A DNA stretch of 63,603 nt, counting the filler, from Choristocarpus tenellus KU-1152 (Eukaryota; Protista; Phaeophyceae), in the NCBI GenBank assembly GCA_964200185.2. It is 11 parts of 11 records of this genome, joined end to end, with 100 filler letters (N's around TTAATTAATTAA, not from the genome) between each part and the next. Parts side by side here need not be neighbours in the genome. Positions count along the whole stretch, not along the records: positions 1 to 2,930 come from CAXNAD020023575.1; positions 3,031 to 6,172 come from CAXNAD020022015.1; positions 6,273 to 9,264 come from CAXNAD020023085.1; positions 9,365 to 17,702 come from CAXNAD020004839.1; 7 more parts are not named here. One strand, 5' to 3'. The translations under genes and the position numbers were made by a program. The notes beneath the pieces were generated by a model. It saw only the letters and a list, made by a program, of their open reading frames with translations, had not been told where the DNA came from and ran no database searches. Shown here piece by piece: positions 1 to 12,234 of this stretch. Each line of letters begins with the position of its first letter. The stretch's first letter is position 1.

Positions 1-108
1 AGGAAACTGCCCTCACACCTGAAACGTCCACTCAAATGAAATGAATATCACTAAACAAAGGTTGACCCCAAATGGACAGCCGCCACCCCCTCCCAGATAC
101 TTTGAGCC
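1..108. mobile_element. Right end of a MITE-like element, cut by the window start
   Basis: Ends in CCCCCTCCCAGATACTTTGAGCC, the terminal motif shared with other copies. Bases 1-66 are identical to 278-343 inside the neighbouring element. Confidence 0.75.
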
Positions 109-120
109 AATGCAAAGAGA

Positions 121-391
121 GACCCGTTGTATCTTAGAGAGGTGTTTTAGCCCAGGTTGTCCATTTTGGGCTTGACGAAGTGTTTTAAGATACCCCAGTT
201 TGATGCCCATTTTGCGAGTGATTTCCTTTGGATTTGGTTCAGGCAGGGGAGTGGAAAAGGAAGATGCGTCCAGATGAAGGAAACTGCCCTCACACCTGAA
301 ACGTCCACTCAAATGAAATGAATATCACTAAACAAAGGTTGACACAGGCCCTGAATGGACGCCTGACCCTCCCTCTAGGATACTACGGGTC
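121..391. mobile_element. Complete MITE, 271 bp, TSD AGA
   Basis: TIR pair GACCCGTTGTATCTTAGAGAGG / CCCTCTAGGATACTACGGGTC. AGA at 118-120 and 392-394. Confidence 0.8.
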
Positions 392-1719
392 AGAGACGGA
401 GAAAAGACAGAGAGGCTCAAGTCCTCTGTCATTGTGTCAAGTGTAAACTGGTATTGGTATTGTATTGTGTATAAGCCCAGGTGAAGACCAGACACCTTAA
501 ATCCTTATTATTCTGTAGCCTCCTGATTTCTGTCCCTTGCCTCTCTCTCTCCCCCTCCACGTTTATGGTCCTATTCCAATTATGCTTTTGCTGTCACTTG
601 TCGGGGGAGCAAATTTGTCTCCAACAGAGAAAGTTTTCTTTCCTCTAGGGAACTCCATGGTGACAATGTCCCTGCCGGCGCAAAAACGGCATAAAATAAG
701 TTCTGCCCGAGGGTACTGGGTGTCAAGTTTGGTTGCAATGTGTAGTGTGACTATGGTACATGCCCCGACTGACATTTTGCAGGTGTTTTCAGGGAGGAGA
801 TAAAATTCTTTTTTGATTGAAGTATGATTACATAAGAGTTGTTGATAGAATGAGAGAATATCATCAACTATACTACAAAAGTGCTAGAGAAACAAAGGAA
901 ATCTGATGCGCCCCACAACACGGACTACTCCGAATTGTGGAGAGTTGGTGTGTATCATGAGAAGAACTCTATTGATATTCTCAAGTGTTTTTCAGATTTA
1001 AGTATTGCCCGCACTATCTGCCAATGAAATTAAATCATGTTATGAGCATACTGCAAGGATTGATGCCGACTAATTGTGGTATTGACACTCTTCTCTACTG
1101 TACAAAAGTATGAAATGCGAAATGTATCTTGTATTAATAGCAAGTACTAGTCATTTCTAAGATGCTTGTTGTGTCCTCAGATATGACATCAAAAGACACT
1201 GTTTTTCATCCTGCATATATGCAATATGCCTGTGGTTGATATCCATCATTCATCCTTCATTCTATAACTGCAACAATTAATAGAGGGGTACGTGTGAATT
1301 AATATTCCCATCAGAAGAATTGCTTAGGCTCTAATGGCTATTGACCAATCAGGAGCAGCAAGATCTTATTGCCTGTCAATTGTTCACTGCAGTACGTCTG
1401 CTAATAGTGAAAGGAAAAGGCAAACACTAAAACTGCTGAATTACTACTCAAAAATACAACATTTATGCAGTAGTATATATAAGTGAGGTAAAACCCATTG
1501 GCGCCCTTTGCTTGCTTGTTGCAGAAATGCTTGGAACATCCTAAAGCAGAAAGGTTTGGAATATCAAATGTTTCATGTGTTGCCTGGTCTCTGAGTCTCG
1601 TGGCAATCTCACCTCCCCCTTTCCACACTGTAGTTGTCCAGTTTGATACTTGAAAGGTGAGTAGCGCATGGCCTGGCACACTCCCCGAACCCATCCTGAG
1701 AATGTAAGGCAGAATGTTG

Positions 1720-1977
1720 AAGTGAAAGTATTTTAGAGGGTACGAGTTTTGCCCTGTTTGTCCATTTGGGGCTTGGCTTCCCATGGGTTTTTGATGACAT
1801 TTTCCTACTCCAAGATGTTTAGGAGTAGGTAAAATGTATACGTTATGAAAAAGTGTGTCCAAAACGTAGATATTGACACTTTCTAACAAACACGATGGCC
1901 AAAATTACATCAAAATCGCAACATTGGATTTTGACCCACAAATGGACGTGGCTCTAACCTCTGAGATACATTGACTC
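1720..1977 (+). mobile_element. MITE family A copy, 258 bp, TSD TTG
   Basis: Degenerate TIRs (AAGTGAAAGTATTTTAGAGGGTA ... CTCTGAGATACATTGACTC). TTG on both sides. Colinear with the copies at 38450, 40724, 43157 and 53049. Confidence 0.85.
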
Positions 1978-2882
1978 TTGGGAACAGTTATTTTTGTATG
2001 TATGTTCTTTTTGTCAATAATCAATACCTCGAAGTACTGGGAACAAGCTATGGCTGAGGATTATGAACATAACAACAAATACTTTTGATTATCATGGCGG
2101 TAAAGATATTGATTGAGAAGACCAATAATCATCAGGCTGAGGGGGTTGAGGATGTTTCAGAAGTGTTGAATTCTCTGGACTCAACTACAACATGTAGAGG
2201 CTGTTGTATCAGTATCTTATGGTTGTCCTTTCGCATGTCCCATACAGCCTCGAAATGGGCATCACTCAGTCAACTCTGCTCATTGGACTTTCTTCTGGTC
2301 CTACAAACAGTGTATCGGAGACACTGCTTTTGTTTATGCAATCTAAGTGCAGCTCCCTGAGCAAGGCAATTTTTATCAGATCTAGTTCAGAGCTCCAGAG
2401 TGGAGTTGAAGAGAAGAATTCAGAGAGACATGCCAAAGAAAGCAAAACATGTGAAGCATAGTACAAATTATTCTGTGGGTAGGCTCCCTACCTCTGATCT
2501 TATCAAAATCAGAGGCTGTAGGTTAGAACACTTGCTGGGCGGTTTTCCTGAGTCTCTGTCCGGTGGGAGGACAAAGTAGTTGAGTCAGGGTCCTGGAAAT
2601 AGGACTGAATGGCAGAATCAAACATCATGTTGACGAATAGGAAATACCCGAAGAACCCAATTGAGAGTACACAGGTAATGGGAGAGCGATAGCCCATGGA
2701 TTCTCCTAGACAGTGCCCTGGCCTCTGATTTCGTCAGGGCTTTAAGATAGAACTATACCACTGAGCCAGTATTCCTACTCAAGGCGACTGGCTTGGTGGT
2801 ACAGTGGTACCTCAACATCTTCACAGCTCATTACTTTACCCTCAAAACTAGGATGATAGGAAAATATGATGGTTGTATCTGT

Positions 2883-2930
2883 GACCCAAAGTATCTTGGA
2901 GGGGGGGGGGGCCTACACCAGGGTGTCCAT
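2883..2930. mobile_element. MITE family B end at a contig break
   Basis: GACCCAAAGTATCTTGGAGGGGGG...CACCAGGGTGTCCAT matches the reverse complement of the 3' end of the complete copy at 30494-30674. Confidence 0.75.
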
Positions 2931-3030
2931 NNNNNNNNNNNNNNNNNNNNNNNNNNNNNNNNNNNNNNNNNNNNTTAATTAATTAANNNNNNNNNNNNNN
3001 NNNNNNNNNNNNNNNNNNNNNNNNNNNNNN
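2931..3030. other. Artificial contig spacer (44 N + TTAATTAATTAA + 44 N); also at 6173-6272, 9265-9364, 17703-17802, 29359-29458, 36430-36529, 42268-42367, 46671-46770, 50151-50250, 60998-61097
   Basis: Ten identical 100-nt blocks, each containing a linker with stop codons in all six frames. Confidence 0.98.
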
Positions 3031-3968
3031 CTAGAGAAGTGTTTTTCTTGGCGAGAGGTGTGAGTAGGATGTGGGCGCGTGTCTAGATTATACAGGTCCC
3101 AGAGGGCATGGAAGACATCTAACTGGAGTGAGGTGAAGCTATGCATAGCCTCTTTCTCGGTGACCCAGTCTGACATCTCTCCGTTCTGCTACTTTCCCCG
3201 GTATTCCCAGTGCCATACATTGGATGGCGACAATACTGCTTTTCTGTCTGTAAGGGTGTACATGGGGGTTGCTACCATGGCTTGCTCTGCTAGACCCAGG
3301 TCTGACTCCCACACTAGTTGGGCATATTCCTCTTGGAAGCTATGTCCCAAATGGATGGGTCTTACGTGGAAGGGTTTGACACAAGAAGCATGAACATTAC
3401 GCGTGCGCATTTGCCTACCTAGCAATTCTACTGTCATGCTACTACTCTTGTGTGAAATTTCCTTCACAGTCCACGGTCCTGTCCACCTTTCATGTACTAG
3501 CTTCAGGCCTACTCTTGTCTGGCCTAATTTCTCCCCATAAATAGAGCTGTCTGCTTCTTTTACTAGAAATAGGTCACCTGGCTTGGATCCTAGTCCTGGG
3601 GAATACCTAGCAATCAAAGCATTGGCTTTCTCTCTCTGTCTCTGCCTAGCGGACATCCTTCTCTCCAGGACTTCTCGTACCTCCCTGAAGTTCTGTCTTC
3701 GTTGCTCTATGAAGGAATCCAATCCTCCAACATCTATGTCCCCATCCAACTTCGGTATGACGGCATCTAGCTGTGTGTGGGGGTCACGGCCAAACAGGAC
3801 TCGGAAGGGAGTGGGGTTGAGAGGGTCAGAGGGATCTGGAGTAGTGCGCTGTGCCCAACATGCCGGAGATACATACTCATCCCATCTATCTGGCCACTTA
3901 AAACATAATTCTGACAAGACTTCAAAAAGCAGACCTCCCATCTTTTCTACTCCCCCTTGTCCCCTCAA
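3031..3968 (-). mobile_element. Degenerate Ty3/Gypsy integrase C-terminal region with a possible chromodomain-like tail
   Basis: ORF 3189-3968 carries WDEYV..ACWAQRTTP, TPFRVLFGR and W(T)GPWTV (GPY/F-module-like). It reads on past an in-frame stop into WEYRGK*QNGEMSDWVTEKE. Confidence 0.85.
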
Positions 3969-4185
3969 TTACCAGTTGGTCCATAATTGATAGGGACCTT
4001 CAAAAGTTACAAAATACATAGCTCTGATTGGGCATACAATTCATACCTCTTCCGTTCCAATCTTCCCAGTTACATAAATGCAAGTGCTATTAAGGATTAG
4101 ACATATTTTGTTCATGACCTACACAGCAGCTGATTATTGCCTGTCCTATGCCCCCCCATGCACAAAGCATACTCAAGGCTGCTAG

Positions 4186-4490
4186 TGCGCAAAACAGGCA
4201 ATGTCAAAAAATTAAATAAATAAAGAAGGGCCAATGAGAGCAACAAATAGTACTAATACTAGATAAAGAGAAAAAAAGAAATAAAAATAATGTGTGGATG
4301 ATGAGGGTAACAAAGTGGAAACTGAATAGTAAATAAAATAAAATAAAAGCACAAAAACTAAAAAGGAAAAAGGGAAAAAAAGAAAAAAGACTCAGTAAAT
4401 AAGGAGAGTAACTATGAAAAGAAAATGAAATTAAAAATCATGGGATGATGGGATGAGAACTAAAAATAAATAAACATTAGAAAACAAAAC
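4186..4490. repeat. AT-rich dispersed repeat, inverted homologue of ~36830-37125
   Basis: Shared blocks such as TGCGCAAAACAGGCAATG and GATGAGG-TAACAAAGTGGAAACTGAATA. Confidence 0.75.
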
Positions 4491-4898
4491 TGGGCAAGAG
4501 TTGTTCTTGGGTGGAAACATTAGTTGGATATGGTCTTGTGTTAGGGTTGTGAAGGTCCTAGAAGGCATGATAACATCCAACTGTAGTAAGTTAAAGCTGT
4601 TCATTTCTTCTGTTTAGTTACCTAGTCTAACAACTATCCATCTTAGAACTTTCCTATGTACTACAATGCCATTTGCTAAGATCTGACAAGGGTACATCGT
4701 TACTGCTTGATCTGAGTGTTGGGATCTTGACAAAAGGTGCCCATGGTGACAGTAGTGATGATTGGGAGCATTGAACTTCTCTAAATAACAGTTCCCTCTA
4801 GTGTTGCCTACAAAATGTTGCTCCTAAAAATATTTTGTATGGCAGCCCCACCATTATCCTAAAAGTCATATTTCGCACTTTTTCCTCTGGGGAAAACG

Positions 4899-5930
4899 CT
4901 ATTGGAAGTTTGCATGACCACAGAACCAGCATTGGTAGAATATTGCACCCTCAGAGGTTGTTGCATTTAAAGTACCTTTGTCTGCTATGTTGAGCTGTGG
5001 TAAGTAATTTTCACAAAAATAGATGAGACCTGCACCTGTGTCAAGTAGTACCTGGGCAAGCATTCTCGAGTGGACTCTGTGTGGGTGACATGGCAGAGCA
5101 TATGTCGATACTTTACTAGTACCATAGGCCGGTGTCATGGTAAATATTATCGAGGTGAAAACTAAAGTCTAAATGTCTATAGATGGAATGACACGACTGG
5201 AAACTCAGACTCCATGGTGTAACTTCAAGACGATTCTGCAGCGTCCGAATCGGTTGGGCTTCTCGCGAATAGTGAAGGGAGTTTCGAGTATTGCATCGCT
5301 GCTAGGTACTGTAGATGCGTTTCTATTAAGGCTACCATCGTACGAGACTCTGCAGTCGATTGATTAACCTGAGGTCCTCAGTGGGTTCCCGAAAGGTATG
5401 AGTGGATTCCTCTGGGAACTAACGAGTGGCATTTTGTATACCTGCACTCGTCAGTTATAGACATGAAGCAGTCTTGACTACAGGCATGATGAAAGCAAAC
5501 TTGGTGTGCCTTTAGCCATATGTCGACTTCGTCTTGTGGAGGTAGAAGATGAAGGTAAGCCTTTGCCCAAATCGTGCCGAATTCTGTCGTTCGTGTTGTC
5601 TGTGACTGAAGCAGATGGGGATCAAAGCACAGGCTGGGGAACGGATGTGACTAGTCGAACCGGTTTTGATGCCTTGCTTTTTGGGGGAACGAACGAGGTA
5701 CTGTGTTTGCTGGGAACGGAAGAAGGTTCGGTATTTAAGGCTGCACAGACAGCGGGCGAGGAGTTCTGGGTAAAACAGAAGCATCGGTACAAGGGCTGCT
5801 AGTACATGGTTGACAACCTCTCCATATAAAAGTGAAGTTTGGCTTGATACCTATTCGCGCATGGAAGTCCTGTTGTGGCGATATAGTCCCTGTTTCTTCC
5901 TGACGATCAGGGTTTCGACTGAGGCAGCGC
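4899..5930 (-). mobile_element. Degenerate Ty3/Gypsy gag-protease region
   Basis: Retropepsin motif VLLDTGAG in ORF 4899-5138, on the same strand as and upstream of the integrase. Bases ~5030-5520 are homologous to 42497-42990. Confidence 0.7.
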
Positions 5931-6272
5931 AAGGGTGTGACATGCTAGCAAACAAGCATCTCTACCACCTAGCCAAAACGATGTAAGTCTCCTCCTTGTC
6001 AATGTAGGTTTTGTAGCATGTTTTGATTGGCTGGGATAAATCAGTCGCTTCGATTGGATAACTCTTTTATGAGATCAATAATCCGTTAGGTAGGAAAGGA
6101 GTAGTTAAATCCAGACTACTGTGGAAAGCATGTTTGTCTGTTGTTATACCCTTATTGCCGTATGCCATATACNNNNNNNNNNNNNNNNNNNNNNNNNNNN
6201 NNNNNNNNNNNNNNNNTTAATTAATTAANNNNNNNNNNNNNNNNNNNNNNNNNNNNNNNNNNNNNNNNNNNN

Positions 6273-7510
6273 GGGGGGCGCTCCTTCTGGCTCACTCTCC
6301 TTGGAAGGCGTTGGGCTAGTGGAGTCTGGTCTGTGCTAGTGCCTATCCCCCCCTCCCCTGCCGGAGTTACCTCGCCTTGCCCTTCTTCTGCGGAGCTTCC
6401 GTCGCCCACCCCTCCTACCAAGGTGTCTTCTCCTTTAGATTCGTGTTCGGTAGACCCTTCAGGGGACACCCTATCCATCCTTGTATGATTTCTCCGATTC
6501 GGAGGGACATAAGGAGCTCGTACATCTCTTGAAATCCTAGCCTCTGTCCGAGATCTACTAATGCTTCCATCAAGATTACCTTCAGAACCAAACTGAATGC
6601 GTGCCTCCGGCCACAGTACTCCAGTCGACTCCTCATCTCCCCCATCTCCATCCCATTTGTTTTTGTTGTCCAATAATGAACCTGCACCTGTTGCACACTC
6701 GCGAGGCTGCTGTTGTAGAATCTCCGCAACCACCTTTCCTTCCCGATGCTCTCCCTTATCCCTCTCAATGCCCATCTTCGGTTCGGGAGGTTGTGGTACA
6801 GTAGTCGTCTCGGTCACTTCATCCAACTCGTGCTCCTTGTCATTTGATATCGAGAGATCAGGCTGCCCACATTCTCTCCCTGCCACTTCCCCGGCACTGG
6901 GAGCTGACGAAATGATCTGCTGCATACCCCTTCGCTTTGGGGGGACATACTGCTGCCAGCCTCTTCTGCTTGGGATCACCCTTTTTCCCTGGTCAGTATT
7001 GCCAACAACTTCCTGTGCTCCCTCGTCTGTTGAACTCCCATCCGAAACATCGTTAGAGTGTCGCTGTGTTCCATCCATTTTACGTCCATCTTTTACTCCT
7101 TCAGATGCAGCATCTATCAGTGGGATGTTAGATATATCTTCAACTTTGAAGTCCCCGACAGCTTGGTCACCTTCGCCTGGAAGTGGTGGAAGTGCATGTG
7201 ACTGGACGTTGGTGCAGCCTCTTGGAGCTATCATAGGCTGAGGATCGAAAAGTGGACCCTTCACATGTCCCCTTAGTGCATCGCTATGTTCGTGAGAATG
7301 ATCAGCACTCTGTGTTGTGGTCTCGCAAGAGGCTACTCCTCTGACTTGGAACTCATCTTCCTGCTGTTGTGCCTTCGACTCGGGGTTGCAAGGTGGTCCA
7401 AATGTCCGACGACTCGGTGGGATATAGACCCCGGCACCAGGGCGAGGCGCTCTCCTTCTGCCCGATGCATCCCGTACACCTGCAGAGGCTCTAGCAGTTG
7501 GGGCATGCAT
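6273..7510 (-). CDS. Low-complexity protein with three Y[IV]PPxRR motifs, R3HCC1/R3HCC1L-like; 3' end truncated by the contig end
   Basis: Open frame of ~412 codons, rich in E/G/D. Motifs RPGAGVYIPPSRR, YVPPKRR and YVPPNRR. The family call is tentative because no RRM or R3H domain is visible. Confidence 0.6.
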
Positions 7511-7842
7511 TCTCGCAGGGACTGTTGAAGTATCAATTTCTCACAAATATTGGTGTACATACTTGATTGGATAGTGACACAAATCAAAATCTAAGGGATG
7601 TGATAGAATCCCTAACCCTACTGGAGAGTGAATCCCAAATTGAAGCGAGAATAGGCAGAAAGCGTATCGGCATTGCCTCCCTCAGTTGGGTGTTGACATT
7701 GCACACATCACTGCAGCGCAGGATTTCGTATTAGAAACTCAAGGGATCCGTAGGTGGCCTCCTTATAGAGGTAGAAGAATCTCATCAGAGATCGTCAACT
7801 CTGGAGAGAAGGACGTGACGGGACGGAGAAAGTGAACACATT

Positions 7843-9264
7843 ATGGCATATCTCTGCAGACCAGCGACCTTTCAACGAGGTATCGCTAGTTTCCAGGTGA
7901 CTCAGACTGGTCTCCTGGTGGGGATTTAGAGGGGAAATCAATACATGATTCTCCACTCATGTACAGTAGGTCGTCCCATCACAATGTGTCCACAACGCTG
8001 TTGAAGAAATTTTGGGGCCCTGACTACAGACATAATCGCGTCCCTTCCACCTCACGGATGATACGTTCCTTTGGACACTGAACATCAGGCCCCTTTAAGC
8101 TCTGGTCGAGCAAGGTATGCCCCTGGTGGAGGTGTATCGCTGTTCAACGCTGGGCGCGTACAAAGAGTCGTTGCAGGAAGCAAAATTGGAAATAAGTCTC
8201 CGTCAGGTCAGGGACTGACGTGTCCAAAGTGTCGCGCGTACGTGGAAAACGGCACAGACTGGTGTACCAATTGTAAGGGCTTCTTGTCCACCAGAGCTGC
8301 ACCACTGACTACGGCGAGTAAGGTCGGTCCAAGGATTGTTGCCGTTGACCCCCCTACCCACTGCTGCTATAGTTAGCTTAGATGTATGGCATTTGCCTTC
8401 GAAGACACTCACTGCAAGCTTGATTGTGGCCTCCGTCGTTGTTTCCTACTGCTGTGCCTTGAAGCGTTTGTGTCGAGATCGAAGCATGATATCTGGCGAC
8501 CTGACTCTTTCCGCGTCGAACATCTCCCACCTGTTCGTCCTCTCTCGCTTCCAACTTCCCAGCCATATCCTTGAGCGCCCAGTAAAGAACTTCAGTGTTG
8601 GATTCACATTCCATCCACGAAAAGTCAGTGTTGAACTAAAGTTTACCACCGTGCAGACCAGCGTATATATTATGTCACAGGGTGCAAAATTGCGTATGTA
8701 CAAATTTACCGCACATTGATCTAAACGGTGAAGAAAACCCGCAATATAAAGTGCTAGATATTCTACCATCCCAAACTCTCTTTCTTATGACATGCGCACC
8801 CTGTCCTCCTCACCATAAAGCCACTAACACATGCCCCCACTCACATCATGCACCCACACCAATTCTCTCTGCAGTCCCCTCCAGGTCTAGGACGTAGAAC
8901 GAGGCACCCAGACTTCGATCAGCTGAGAACTGGCCCATTCCACCCCATTGAGAAAGGTGTGACCTCACCAATTGACCAACTGCCCCAAAGTCAATCCCAC
9001 CAACCACAGCAACATCAGGGGATAAGAAGCAGCCGCAGCGGCAGTGCTAGTCCTCGTGGGTCAACACCAGAGGTAGGGGGGAGAAGAGGGAGTGATACGG
9101 CCCCACGAATTGGGGGTGGAAGTGCTGTGGGAGTGGCAACACCAGCAATTGGAGGTGGGGGGGGGGGGGGAGCCAGCAGGGGGGGCAGCAGTGTGGGAAG
9201 GGCGGGTAAAGGATTGGTCATCACGTCTCCAAGAGAGATATTCAAGGGACTGGAAGAGCATGTT
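7843..9264 (+). CDS. CLPX: Mitochondrial-type ClpX ATPase, N-terminal part; truncated by the contig end
   Basis: Zinc ribbon LTCPKC...WCTNC in an exon ending ~8322. Exon 8875-9264 ends in ITSPREIFKGLEEHV, matching the conserved P.EI...L...VIGQ entry to the ClpX AAA+ domain. The first exon (7843-7896) and 5' splice structure are uncertain. Confidence 0.8.
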
Positions 9265-9820
9265 NNNNNNNNNNNNNNNNNNNNNNNNNNNNNNNNNNNN
9301 NNNNNNNNTTAATTAATTAANNNNNNNNNNNNNNNNNNNNNNNNNNNNNNNNNNNNNNNNNNNNGTTCAGAAAGGAAGTGAAAGATGAGACTGAGGCATG
9401 CTGGGTGTATGTTGACAACCTCAGAATGCCATGTGGATCAATCTTCAATGTGGATAGGTTGTGACCAGTCAGAGCAGGAAACACAATCTCGACTTTGCTG
9501 GTTTGAATCCACCGTTCATGTCGGGGTTACCGCGTGCCATTCCTGCGTCTGACCCACACCACATCACTTCCCCTAGACTCAATCGGAAAGGTGTCGCGCG
9601 CAAATGTATATGACCGTGGATGTTATCCTCATCAATGATAAAATCCAAAAAAATGTGACCTGTCCCTCACATTACTATTAATAGTAAATATTATATTCAA
9701 TAATATTGGAATGATGTATTTCCTCAATAGAGCCAGTTCCTCGTGCGATCTAACATTTATCTCGACAACTATCAACACTCATCCAGTGTGTATGATATTG
9801 TAGCGTGAAGGGAAGAAGTC

Positions 9821-10822
9821 ATGGGCATTTGGCTGCTTCATTTGCTAATGGCAGGTGTGTTTCCGCTGCTCTGTTCTCCACGGTTTACTCTCTCCCCAGA
9901 GGTCTTGACTCCATCACACTCAGTCTGTTGTCCCCAATACCGACCCTTACAAGAAACAACAGAAATCTCCTCATCATGGAACTGGTAGAGTTGGGTCTGT
10001 CATGACTACAGGAGCCCATTCGAGTAACGATGTGTATATTTTACATCAGATTGCTATGATCTATACTAAAATATCCTACATTGTTGTTCGAGACCAGGGT
10101 TGTTCTTGCTCGCCCAAGGACACGCTATTCATGTGCGACCACTGCGCATGCTTTCACCATCAGATGCGAGACCAATCCCAAGTCCACAAGGGCGGAAAAT
10201 GATGAAGGAAAGTCCTCTCTCCCGTCAACATATACTTGCAGAACTTGCAAGTTTTGTTTTGCCCGTCAGTGCTGGTATTGCGGTCGGCGGGCTACGGGCT
10301 GATGCTGTGGAAGAGGTACCGAAAACCTGTGGTTTGTTTTGTCTGTTCATACTCTGCTTGCTTGTTCGTCTGAACTTACGTATGCTCCGCTTGTCCTGCT
10401 GCTATCCTCCCAATACATGCCACGATCAGCCAAGGGTGGAATGGATCTCTGGGAAGTCTGCCCAGGTCAAGGGGAGTGATGTGAGATGCCAGTCCATTTG
10501 CGTCAAGAGATATTATGGTGGTGACAGTTGACTTTCATACTTTATTAGAAGCAGTGGTTTACTACGTGTGCAACGACTTGCCCCTAACCCCCCCTCCTCC
10601 CATGCGCCCTAACATTCGACACCATATTATTTGTCTCTCAAGGACAAGACGGGGACAAAGAAAGAGACCAAGTATCTTCGGTGTTTGAGCAATTGCCTCG
10701 CAGATTGCCAGAAGCCTACATATGGCCCCGAGAAAGATAGGGAAGAGTGCCTCCAACAGTGCCAAGACGAATGCTGCTCTACTTACGAGCAATGCACCTA
10801 CACTGTCACACAGAATCGATGA
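9821..10822 (+). CDS. Uncharacterised ~160-aa Cys-rich protein with plastid/thylakoid-lumen-type targeting
   Basis: Phase-consistent GT-AG exons 9821-9854, 10098-10315, 10430-10480, 10643-10822. Signal peptide, transit region, second hydrophobic stretch ending ADA, then Cx3Cx3Cx13Cx3Cx3CCx5C. Confidence 0.75.
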
Positions 10823-12234
10823 AGTATGGATCAAATTGTCTGCTTGATTGTGCTGTCTCTCAAGGCACCAACTCAAGCATCTTTGCAATGGTGAACCAAA
10901 TATTAATATTTTCCCCTCACTTTGTGTCATTCACATTCCTTTGCTCTATTTTCTTTCTCAATTGCAACAACATAGAGCTGTACAGTAGATAGCAGTGACA
11001 TAATAGTAAAGAGAAACAAAATTTCTCGACCGAGTATGGAAGATACAACCCTGATTGTCCATTCACCGCAATTCACCTTTCCAAGAATTCTTGGAATATA
11101 TATATATATATCAAGAGGTGCTTCACTCAACATGGACTTAATGGAACAGACAAGCTCTTGGAGGCAACGCAGTATCCAAACTCCTGCCTCAAATAAACAA
11201 AAAAAACGGTACAACTAACTTCCTCCACTGATGCGTGTATCCAATGGCTGGATTCAGACACGTCAATGCATATTTTCTATTGGTCAGGTCAACAGAACCT
11301 GCTTAAGTTAACCCACAAGGTAATGTACACTGTTGTCCATACAAGTGATATGAGATCGTTGTTTGCCGAGCTTTTGACAAGGCCTCCTTGAGTGGATGTA
11401 GCAAGGGTTATGAATCCTGTTACAGGTTCAGGGGTGGGGGGTTGGTATGCAAAATACATTTTCCATTCTACTCTGCTGCCCATCAAGTTCCATCAATTGT
11501 ACCATACTGGTAATACCTGCTTTGCTTAACATGAAGTGGGTTGATGAGTGATAACCATCAGGGAGATGGGCAGGGTCATCAGGCATGAGGATGAAAGGGA
11601 CTGTTCAACTTCAACCCTTTCATACTCCCCCAAGAATTTATTTTTGCTGTTGCTCCCTCTCTGTGCACTCTTGACTAGCAAACTTGGCACAACTCAGGGC
11701 TGGGTATTTTTTTTTCTGGCAGGACCTAAGTATATTAACACTACTCACACACTTGCAGGGGGAGGCATGGATGTGACACTCAAGTGCAATTCCCTTTGCA
11801 CAGACACCAAAACACAACAGTTTCAACACTTGACAACAACACTTCACACTGTGGCTCTTTTGTTTGCTCTAGTATTTCATGGTGTAATGAACTGTATAGA
11901 TCAAATGTATCATGCACGCAATGGGACAGAAAACACACTTCACCTCTTCGCAAACAGTGCAAGTGAACAGAGCCCATCATGCTTAGCTTAATGCTCCTAC
12001 TGCATCAACATCATAGTGGTAGTGTGTTTCAACTTGCCAATTTCATAACCTTGTGCAAAAAGGAATCATATCACAAAAAATAATATAAAACAGGTGTAGT
12101 GCATTTTATCATCAACACAGAAGATGGTCCAAGAGCATATTGTAGTCTATGACCGCCACTGGTATTGCCATATATAATAATGCAGTGGGAAACCAGACTT
12201 CTTGTTGGGGCCATGCCATTTGCTCCTTTACATT

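Noticed and set aside
2085-2700. Possible second LINE RT remnant
   Set aside because: Only weak motif echoes, below the reporting threshold.
2975-2986. Recurrent palindromic TTAATTAATTAA
   Set aside because: Artificial six-frame-stop linker inside the N spacers, not biological.
8336-8769. Overlapping ORFs inside the CLPX intron
   Set aside because: No recognisable domain or consistent splice structure.
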